Positions 1 through 9,800 of a stretch of DNA of 15,871 nucleotides are shown piece by piece. The notes under the pieces were generated by a model, which saw only the letters and a program-made list of their open reading frames with translations, had not been told where the DNA came from and made no database searches. Origin of the DNA: Thermoanaerobaculia bacterium (GTDB taxonomy: Bacteria; Acidobacteriota; Thermoanaerobaculia; Multivoradales; UBA5704); NCBI GenBank assembly GCA_044226625.1, contig JBGAGQ010000100.1, forward strand, positions 1-15,871, read 5' to 3'. Position 1 is the first letter of the stretch; each line of letters opens with the position of its first letter. Both the position numbers and the translations under genes were made by a program.

Positions 1-18
1 GGCGGGCCGGAGCGGCGT

Positions 19-24
19 TAGACT
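19..24 (+). promoter_or_regulatory. Putative -10 element (TAGACT) of a leaderless promoter for the 31..678 gene
   Basis: TAGACT matches the TANNNT consensus and lies 6 nt (GCCCCC) before the ATG at 31. There is no Shine-Dalgarno at normal spacing; the nearest GGAG is at 9-12, 18 nt upstream. The -35 region falls outside the window. Confidence 0.5.
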
Positions 25-30
25 GCCCCC

Positions 31-678
31 ATGCCGATCGCCCTCCTCCCGGCCGCGGGGGCCTCCCGTCGAATGGGACGTCCGAAGCTGCTGCTCCCGT
101 TCGGCGCGAGCACGGTGATCGGATCGGTGACGTCGAGCTTCCGCGCGGCGGGTGTCGAGCGCATCGCCGTGGTCGCCTCGCCGCTCGATCTACCCTTGCA
201 GGACTGGGTCCGGCGCTCGGGCCTGATCCTCGCGATCAATCCGGATCCCGAAAGGGGCATGTTGTCTTCCGTGCTCGAAGGGTTGGCGGCGCTCGGCGGC
301 GCCGAGACGCTCGCTACGCGCGGAGAGCGTCTCCTGATCTCGCCGGCCGACCTGCCGGCGATCTCGGCCTCGACGATCCTCGCCGCCCTCACCCTGCTGG
401 AAAGCGGGTCCCTCGATTCGGGGGGTCGATCCGGCGACGCGCCGGCGGTCCTCGCCTGGCCGACGTACCGGGGTCGGAACGGTCATCCGCTCGCGGTCGC
501 CGCGGAGGCGATCGCGGAGATCCCGCGGCTCGATCCGTCGATCGGTTTGCGGCAGCTTCGCGAGAGGTTCGCCGGGCGCATCGCGACCGTCGAAGTCGAC
601 GACCCCGGCGCGGTCGACGATGCGGACACCCCGGAGCAATACAAGGCTCTTTCGGGGAGCGCTGACCGCTTGGCCTAG
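31..678 (+). CDS. mocA: MocA/MobA-family nucleotidyltransferase (NTP_transf_3), most like molybdenum cofactor cytidylyltransferase
   Basis: 215 aa. Motifs: N-terminal LLPAAGASRRMGRPKLLLPFG (LAAGxSxRMGxxKLLLP nucleotide-binding loop), NPDPERGMLSSV, PADLP, PTYRGRNGHP and C-terminal DADTPEQY. The AAG...KLLLP and GHP motifs favour the MocA-like over the MobA-like branch. The family call is firm; the orthology call is less so. Confidence 0.8.
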   Translation: MPIALLPAAGASRRMGRPKLLLPFGASTVIGSVTSSFRAAGVERIAVVASPLDLPLQDWVRRSGLILAINPDPERGMLSSVLEGLAALGGAETLATRGERLLISPADLPAISASTILAALTLLESGSLDSGGRSGDAPAVLAWPTYRGRNGHPLAVAAEAIAEIPRLDPSIGLRQLRERFAGRIATVEVDDPGAVDDADTPEQYKALSGSADRLA

Positions 679-700
679 GTCTCTCGCCCGCGGGCGCCGG

Positions 701-800
701 TCAGCTGCCCGCGGCGCGCACCTTCTCCCGGGCCTCGGGCGACATCTCCCTCATCCGCAGCAGGACGCGCGCGATCTTCTCGCTCTGCTCCGGACGCCGC
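701..800 (-). other. Short C-terminal amphipathic tail, putative inter-subunit docking domain
   Basis: ERRPEQSEKIARVLLRMREMSPEAREKVRAAGS*. The helix-(M/L)SxE-helix pattern resembles C-terminal docking helices of modular synthases. Function is inferred only. Confidence 0.45.
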
Positions 801-3800
801 TCGACGGCGAGCACGGCGGCTTCCAGCCCTTCGATCGTCGGCGCTTCGAACAGCCGCTTGAGCGGCAGGTCGACCTGGAACGTCGCCGACACCTTCGAGG
901 CCACCTGGACGGCGAGCAGAGAGTGCCCGCCGATCTCGAAAAAGCTGTCCTCGATGGCGAGGTCGTCCCCCAGCTCCGGGAGCGCGTCGCGCCAGAAGCT
1001 CGCGATCATCCGCTGCACGGCGGTGCGGGGCGCCGTCCGCTCCGGCGTTTCCGTCCGGGTGGGCTCCGGCAGCGCGCGGCGATCGATCTTGCCGGTCGCC
1101 GACACCGGCCAGTCGCCGAGGATCTCGACGAACGCCGCGGGCACCATGTACTCGGGGAGCCGGGCGGACAGGAAGCGCCGGATCTCCGCGGCGCGGGTGG
1201 CGGCGGTCTCGGAAAGCGCCTCGCGCGAGATCTCCGGCGGGCGATACCAGGCGATGAGGCGTTTGCCCGCGCCCGGCATCTCGCGCGCGAGGACGATCGC
1301 ATCGACCACCGTCGGGTGTGCTTCCAGCGCCGCCTCGATCTCCCCCGGCTCGATGCGGAAGCCGCGGATCTTGATCTGTTGGTCGATTCGGCCGAGGTAA
1401 TCGAACGAACCGTCACCCCGCTGCCGAACGCGATCCCCGGTTCGATACAACCTCTCGCCGTCCTTGTCAGCAAAGGGGTTGGGACGAAATCGCTCGGCCG
1501 TAAGGTCAGGACGATCGAGATAGCCGCGCGCGAGCAGCCCCCCCAAAACCAGCTCGCCCGTTCCGCCCAGCGGCGCCAGCCGATCGCCCTCGTCGACCAC
1601 GTACCCCGTGCGATCCGGTAGGAGCCGTCCGATCGAAACCGAGCCCGAGTCCGCCAGCCGTCCGACCGAGAGGTCTTGGCAGGTGGCCGTCACCACCGTC
1701 TCGGTCGGGCCGTAACCGTTGTAGACCACCGGCGACGTCGGACGCATCGCCATCCGCTTCCGGAACCTCTCCGCGGCAGCGGGAGTCATCGCCTCGCCGC
1801 CCGTCACGAGCACGCGCAATCCCTCCGGAAGCGGATCCTCCGCCCGGCTCCACTCGGTCCAGACCGCCGTCGGTAGGTTGGCGTTCGTGATGCGATGGCG
1901 ATCCATCCAGGCCGAAAGCTCGAGGGGATTCGGCAGCTCGGGACCGCGTACGAAGAGGGCGCCGCCCGAGGCGAGCGCCACGCCGATCTGCTCCATCGAC
2001 ACGTCGAAGCTCGCGGCGGCGAACTGGACGACACGGTCGGTCGGGTCCATGCGATAGAACGACGCAGCCGCCGCGAAATGCCCGGCGGCGTGGCGATGGC
2101 TGATCGCCACGCCTTTCGGCGTGCCGGTCGAGCCGGAGGTGTAGAGCAGGTAGGCGAGGTTCTCGGCGAGAGCCGCGCGAGGCGTCTCCTCCGGCCCGGG
2201 CGCGAGCGGCATCCCGTCGCCGCCGAGGAGGAGGGGCGCGACCGCTCCCCCGGGACCCGACAGGCCCAGCGGCAGATCGACGAAAAACGCCTCGCGCGCG
2301 ATCAGCGCCATCGCTCGCGCGTCGCCGAGGAGCAGCGCGCGGCGCTCCACCGGAAGCTCCGGATCGACCGGCAGATAGCAGGCGCCGGCTTTCCAGATCG
2401 CATAGATCGCGAGGACCCGATCGACCGATCGCTCGAGCGACACGCCCACGACCCGCTCCGGGCCGGCACCGAGCGAAGCGAGGCGGCGCGCGAGACGGTC
2501 GGTGCGCGCCGCGACCTCGCGCCAGGTATAACGCCGCCCCGGCTCATGCTCCGATTCGAGAGCGATCGCCTCCGGACGCTCGGCGGCGTGGCGGGCGATC
2601 CAGTCGTGTACCCGAGTCGGCGGAAGCTCCCGGCCGAGGTCGTTCCATTCGACGAGCAGCTGATGCCGCTCGGAGGGACCGAGCAGCTCGACCTCGGCGA
2701 GGCGCCGTCCCGGGTTGCCGACGATCTCGCCGAGCATCGCCACGAAACCGGAGAGCATCCGCGCGCCGGTCGCCGGATCGAAGAGGTCGAGATCGAGCTC
2801 GAGGAGCGCCCGGAGCCCCGCGTCCGGCCCAGCGACCAGCGCTAGGCTCAAGTCGAGCTTCGCGCGCCCCCCTCCGAGCTCCGCGATCTCCGCCGGCACG
2901 CCGGAGAGCAGAACCGGCTCCGGCAGGTTCTGGAGCATCAGCGAGACCGAGAAGAGCGGGGGTGCACCTCCCCGCGCGCCTCCAAGCTCGGCGACCAGGC
3001 GATCGAACGGGAAATCCTGATGAGCGTAGGCGTCGAGCGCCGCGCTCCGCGCGGCGCGCAGCAGATCGTCGAGCGGACGCTCGGCCTCGACCGCGAGGCG
3101 GATCGCGAGCGTGTTGACGAAGAATCCCACCAACCCCTCCGTCTCGATCCGGTTGCGGTTCGCGATCGGCAACCCGACGATCAGGTCGCGCCCCGCCCCG
3201 AGGCGCGACAGGAGGCCCGTCCAACCGGCGAGCAGCACCATGTACGGGGTGGCCCCGAAGGAGCGCGCGGACGCGGCAAGCGACGCCGAGAGGTTGGCGG
3301 GCAGGTCGAGCCGAACCGTCTGGGCGAGCTTCGAAGGACGTGCCGGCCGGGGGCGATCGACCGGCAGCTCGGTCGCTTGCGGCGCCCCGGCCAGCCGTTC
3401 GCGCCACCACGCGAGCTCGCGGGCATAGACCTCGCCCGCAAAAACCTCGCGCTGCCAGATCGCCCAATCGGCATACCCGATCGCAAGCGGTGCGAGGCGC
3501 GCGGGCCGCCGCTCGAGCGCCGCGGAATAAGTCTCCACCAGCTCGTGAGAAAAGACCCCCGTCGACCAGCCGTCGGTTGCGATGTGGTGGAAGAGGAACC
3601 AGGCCTCGTCCCTCCTTGCCTCCCGGTGGACGACCACCGCGCGAAAGACCGGACCTCGGGCCAAATCGAACGGCTGGCGGCCCCACCGCGCCGCGAGCCC
3701 TTCCGCGTGGGGACCCGACCGGCGACCCAGGCCCGAGAGATCGATTCGCGGCAGGGAGATCGCCACCGAGGAATCGATCCGCTGCACGGGCCGGCCGTCC

Positions 3801-6800
3801 GCCATCTCGAACCGGGTGCGAAGCGGCTCATGCCTCTCGGCGAGCGCCGCAAGCGAGCCGGCGAGGGCCGCGGCCGAAACCTCCCCTGCCAACGACAATC
3901 GGAAGCCCACGTTGTACGCCGAGCTCTCCGGCTCCAGCCGATCGAGGAACCAGAGGCGCTCTTGGGCGAAAGAGAGCGGAAGCCGGGCCGACCGCTCCCT
4001 GGCGACGATCGGCCCCAGCGTCGAATGGGAACGCCCCGCCTGCGCATCGATTCGCGCGGCGATCTGGGCGACCGTCGACCCCGAAAACACCTCGGAGAGC
4101 GGCATCTCGACCCCGAACGTCCCACGAATCCTGGAGACCAGCCGCGTGGCGAGGAGCGAATGCCCCCCGAGAGCGAAGAAGTCCGCCTCCGCGCCCACCG
4201 CGACAGCACCCAGCAGCTCCGCGAACAGGCCCGCGACGATCTCCTCGGTAGGCGTCCGAAGGGCGATCCCCTCGGCAACGTTCGACGCCAGATCCGGATC
4301 GGGAAGCGCGCGCCGATCGACTTTCCCCGAGGGCGTAAGGGGCCATTCCTCCATCGCCACGATCGCGGAGGGAACCATGTAGGCGGGCAGGCGACCGGAA
4401 AGATAGGTCCTCAGCTCGGCGAAAGCTTCTCTCTCACCGCCTTCCAAGAGAGTCACCCAGCGCACCCACGCGATCAGCCGCTTGCCCGTCCCGGCCGATT
4501 CGCGGGCAAGCACGATCGCTTCTTTGATTTGAGGATGCGCTTCGAGCGCCGCTTCGATCTCCCCCGGTTCGATCCGGAAGCCGCGGATCTTGATCTGCTG
4601 ATCGAGCCGGCCGAGGTAGTCGAAGCCGCCGTCGCCCCGCTGCCGGACGCGATCGCCGGTTCGATAGAGCCTCTCGCCGTCTCTGTCAGTAAAGGGATTG
4701 GGACGGAATCGCTCGGCCGTAAGGTCCGGTCGATCGAGATACCCTCGCGCGAGCAAACCGCCGAGCACCAGCTCGCCGATGCCGCCCAGGGGCACCAACC
4801 GATCCGCCTCGTCCACCACATATCCCGTTCGCTTCGGCAAGAGGCGTCCGATCGAAACCGACCCCGACTCCGGAAGCCGCCCGACGGAAAGGTCATAACA
4901 GGTGGCCGTGACCACCGTCTCCGTCGGACCGTAGCCGTTGTAGACAACCGGAGGATTGTCCATTCCCTCGAGCCGGCGACGGAAACGCTCGGCCGCCGCG
5001 GGCGCCATCGCTTCGCCCCCGGTGATCAACACTTTCAAGCTCGGAGGCAGAGGTTCCGCGCCCCAGCTCCACTCCGTCCAGACGGCCGTGGGCAAGTTGG
5101 CGATCGTCACTCCCCACCGTTCCAACCAAGCCGAAAGCTCCGAGGGATTCGGCATCTCCGGCCCGCGCACCATCAGCGGCCCGCCGCTCGCCAAGGCGAC
5201 ACCGACCTGCTCCATCGAAACGTCGAAGCTCGCCGAAGCGAACTGCACCACCCGGTCCGAGCCATCCATCCCATAGAACGCCGAGGCTGCCGCGAAGTGT
5301 CCCACCGCATGCCGATGGCTCACGCCCACACCCTTCGGAGTTCCCGTCGAACCCGACGTATAAATGAGATACGCAAGGTTTTCCGCCACCGCCGATCGAG
5401 GGCACTCCTCCGCTCCGAAGTCCTCCCCCTCCGGAAGCCCATCCTCCTTACTGAGAAGAAGCGGAGCCACCCGTCCGTGCCACCCCTCCCAACCGGACGT
5501 CAGGTCCTCCCAGAAGGCACTTCGGCCCACCAATACCACCGCCCCTGAATCCACGACCAACAACCGTCTTCTCCCGACCGGAAGCTCCGGATCGACCGGC
5601 AGGTAGCACCCACCCGCCTTCCATATCGCGATCATCGCCAATACCCGATCGACCGACCTCTCCAACGAAACCCCCACCACCTTCTCCGGGCCCACCCCCA
5701 AGCCCGCCAGCCGGCGCGCCAGGCGATCCGTGTGCCCATCCAGCTCCGCCCACGAAACCCGCCGGCCCGGCTCGTGCTCGGACTCCAACGCCAACGCCTC
5801 CGGCTTTTCCCGCGCCCACCGCCGCACGAAGTCGTGCACGACGCGCGCGGGCAATTCCTCCCCGCCCTCGTTCCATTCGTAGAGCAGTTGATGCCGCTCC
5901 AACCGCCCCAAAAGCTCCGCCTCGGCAAGCGGCCGCTCGGGAACCTCCGCCACGGCCCGCGCCATCCGCTCGAACCCGGCCAGCAACCGCGCCCCGGTCG
6001 CCGGATCGAACAGATCCGTGTTCAGCTCCAGCTCGGCGAGCCACCCATCGCCGGCCGGCGACACTACGAGAGCGAGATCGAGCTTCGCCGCTCCGCCGGA
6101 TAGCCCCCTCACCGTGGTCTCCAGCCCTGGGAGCCTCATCGCCTCCGGCGCCACATCCGGAAGGTTCTGGAAGGCGAACGACACCTGATAGACCGGCGGG
6201 ACGTTTCCTCCCCGCGCGACGCCCAGCTCCGCCACCAGGCGCTCGAACGGGAAGTCCTGATGCGCGAACGCGCCGATCGAAGCTTCGCGCGCATGGGTCA
6301 GCAACGACCGCAGGGGCGCGGAAGGATCGGCAGGTATCCGGAGGGCCAACGAGTTGACGAAGAAGCCGATCAGGCCTTCGGTCTCCGAGCGATTGCGGTT
6401 CGCGATCGGCGAGCCAATCACCAAATCGCGGCCCGAACCCAGGCGGCTCAGGAGGCCTGCCCAGGCTGCGAAAAGCATCATGAAGGGAGTAGAGGCTTCG
6501 GCGTTCGCACGCGTGCGGACCGCTCGTGCCAACTTGGGCGCTAGGGAGCGGTGGACGAGCGCCGCTCGGCGCTTCGGGCCGGAAGGACGCGGCCGGTCCG
6601 CCGGTAGCTCGACGGCCTCCGGCGCCCCAGCCAGGCGCTCTTTCCACCAGGCGAGCTCGCGCTCGTAATACGGACCCGAAAGCTGACGGCGCTGCCAGAT
6701 CGTCCAGTCCGAGTAAGAGATCGGCAGCTCAGGCAGGTGCGCCGCTCTCTCTTCGACGAAAGAGGTGTAGGCCTCGGCGATCTCGCGCGAGAAGACCGAC

Positions 6801-9800
6801 ATCGACCAGCCGTCGATTGCGATGTGATGGAAGCTGAAGATCGCGTCGTGGAGCGTCGGGCCGCGGCGGACCAAAAGTACGCGCACCACCGGACCGCGCG
6901 CGAGGTCGAACGGCCTGCGGCCGAGAAGGCCACCGATTCGGGCGGCTTCGCCCGACGAACCGAGAACCGAGATACCCTGCAGATCGACGCACGGAAAGCG
7001 CGAAAAACTGATCGGAGGAGGATCGACGATCTGCCGCGCCAGGTCTCCGACCTGCACGTAGCGCGTCCGCAACGGCTCGTGCCGGGCGACGACAGCCGAG
7101 AGCGCGGCATCCAGGGCCGGCACTGAAAGTGCCCCTTCGAGCGCCAATCCAAAACCGATGTTGTAAGCCGCCGAGCCCGGCTCCAATCGATCGAGGAACC
7201 ACAACCGCTCCTGCGCGAAGGACAACGGCACCTCGTCCGACTCGCTCGCCCCGCGCGCAATCGGTTCGGCTCTCTTCCCCTCGGTGAGCTTTTCTTCCAC
7301 CGCCGCCGCCACCGCCCCGACCGTCGAGCGCGCGAAAACCTCGGTCAGCGGCAGCTCGATTCCGAAGACCTCACGCACCCGCGACACCAATCGCGTCGCG
7401 AGCAACGAATGCCCGCCGAGCGCGAAGAAATCGCCCTCCACCCCGACCCCACCGCCCCCATCGATCCCGAGCAACTCCCCAAACACACCCGCCACGATCT
7501 CCTCGATCGGCGTCCGCGGCGCCGTGCGCTCGCCTACTTCGCCGTCGAAGACCGGATCGGGCAGCGCCCGCCGGTCGATCTTCCCCGACGGAGTCAGCGG
7601 CCAAACCTCGACCTCGACGAACGCCGACGGCACCATGTACTCCGGTAGGCTCTTCGCCAGGTGCGACCGCAAATCCGGCCAACGGACCTCCGCCCGAAGG
7701 CGAACCCAGCCGACCAGTCGCTTGCCGATCGCCGGCGTCTCGCGCACCGCGACGATCGAGTCGATCACCTGAGGGTGCGCCGCGAGCGCCGCTTCGATCT
7801 CGCCCAGCTCGATTCGGAAGCCGCGGATCTTGATCTGTTGATCGAGCCGTCCGAGGTGATCGAACGTGCCGTCGCCCCGCTGCCTCACGCGGTCGCCGGT
7901 TCGATAGAGCCGCGCTCCGAAAAAAGCGTCAGTAAAGGGGTTGGGACGGAATCGCTCGGCCGTAAGGTCCGGCCGATCGAGATACCCTCGCGCGAGCAGC
8001 CCGCCGAGAGCCAGCTCGCCAATTCCGCCGAGCGGCACCGGGTTCCCAACTTCGTCGACGACGAAGCCCGCGCGCCCAGGCAGCAAGCGGCCGATCGAGA
8101 CGGAGCCCACTTCCGGAAGCGCACCCCGCAAGACGTCATGGCAGGTCGCCGCAACTACCGCCTCGGTCGGTCCATAGGCGTTGAGCGCCAAGAGAGAAGA
8201 ACCCCGCTCGACCCGTTCCCTCAGCCGACTCGCCGCCTCGGCCGGCATCGCCTCGCCTCCGGCGTAGAACATCCGCAAAGCTTCCGGCAGCGGCCGATCG
8301 CTTCGCGTCCATTCGGCAAACAGCGGCGTGGGCATCGTCACGCACGAAATCTGCAGCCGCTCCAACCAAGCCGAGAACTCGGACGGCGCCGGCATCTCCG
8401 GCCCGCGAACGACGAGCGTCGCCCCCGCGGCCAACGCGCATCCCACCTGATCGACCGAAAGATCGAAGCTCATCGCTCCCAACAAGGCCACTCGATCGCG
8501 CTCGCTCCATCCATACCGCTCGACCGACGAAGCGAAATGCCTCACCGCCTCGCCGTGCGCGACCCCGACCCCTTTCGGCTTCCCCGTCGATCCCGACGTG
8601 TAGATCAGATACGCAAGGTTTTCCGCCTCCACCCTCCGAGGAGCCACCTCCGCTCCGAAGTCCTCCCCTTCCGGAAGCCCACCCTCCTTACTGAGAAGAA
8701 GCGGAACCACCCTCCCGATCCACCCCTCCCACTCCGACGTTAGGCCCTCCCAGAAGGCACCGCGGCTGACCACGACCACCGTCCCGGAATCCACCACCAA
8801 CAATCGTTGCCGCTCCATCGGCAGGACCGGATCGACCGGCAGATAACACCCGCCCGCCTTCCAGACGGCGACCATCGCCAAAACCCGATCGACCGACCAG
8901 TCCAACGACACCGCGACCACCGTCTCGGGTCCAACGCCCAATCCAACCAGCCGCCGAGCCAACACCTCCGTATGAGCGTCCAGCTCCGCCCAAGAAACCC
9001 TTCTTTCGGGCTCGTGCTCCGACTCCAACGCGATCGCCTCCGGCTGCTCGCGAGCCCACCGCGCCACGAAGTCGTGCACGCAAGCCTCTACGTCCGCAGC
9101 CCTCTCCCCGCCCCTCTCCCACCCGCTCGCGTTCCATTCGCAGAGCATCTGGTGCCGCTCCGCCGGCCCGAAAACCTCCACCTCGCTCAGCGCCCGCTCG
9201 GGATGTCCGGCCACCGCCTCCGCCATCCGCTCGAACGCCGCGAGCAAGCGAGCCCCGGTCGCCGGATCGAATCGATCGAGATTCAGTTCCAGAAAAGCCC
9301 GAAGATCCCCTTCACCCCCACCGCCCACCGCCGCGATCTCCACTTCGCGTTTCGGCAAGACCACGAGCGAGAGGTCGAGCTTCGCCGTATCTCCCCCCAG
9401 CTCCTCGACGCGGCACTCGACGCCGGGGAGCGTCACCGGCTCCGGGAGGTTCTGGAGACTCGCGAGCGTCTGGTAGATCGGCGGTCCGGCGGTGCCCCGC
9501 GCCGGTGCGATCTCAGCGACCAGCCGATCGAACGGAAAATCCTGATGGGCGTACGCCGCGAGCGCCGCGCGCCGCACCCGCGCCAGAAGCTCGCCGAGCG
9601 AGGCGCCATCCGTCGCAATGCGCAGCGCAAGCGAGTTGACGAACAGGCCGATCAGGCCCTCCATCTCCGCTCGGTTTCGGTTCGCGACCGGCACGCCGAT
9701 CACCAGATCTCTCCCCGCACCAAAGCGCGACAGGAGCCCCGCCCAGGACGCGAGGAGGGTCATGAAGAGGGTCGCCCCCTGGGCACGCGCGCGCCGTTCG

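Noticed and set aside
400-450. Low-complexity insertion ESGSLDSGGRSGDAPA in the mocA-like protein
   Set aside because: It is a short in-frame Gly/Ser loop with no repeat structure, intein motif or mobile-element signature.
31-678. mocA-like transferase as a tailoring enzyme of the NRPS cluster
   Set aside because: It is convergent, has its own apparent promoter and has ordinary Moco-pathway motifs. Only adjacency links it to the NRPS, and conserved synteny would be needed to argue otherwise.
679-714. 12-bp palindrome CGCCCGCGGGCG (685-696) and an alternative 8-bp stem (688-695 with 707-714) between the convergent stop codons, as a bidirectional terminator
   Set aside because: The stems are short, there is no U-tract on either strand, and such GC-only pairings are easily produced by chance at this GC content.
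3020-5548. 842-aa + strand ORF, and similar long ORFs at 8807..10690, 7661..8743, 620..1621, 1895..2845 and 12060..13406
   Set aside because: These are shadow ORFs antisense or out of frame to the NRPS. They are Arg/Pro/Gly-rich, lack recognisable motifs and recur with the module periodicity, as expected in high-GC coding DNA.
508-9036. Recurrent GCGATCGC (HIP1-like) and CGATCG/TCGA words
   Set aside because: The few octamers seen fit ordinary high-GC codon pairs (e.g. Ala-Ile-Ala), some at homologous positions. Enrichment cannot be claimed without an observed/expected count.
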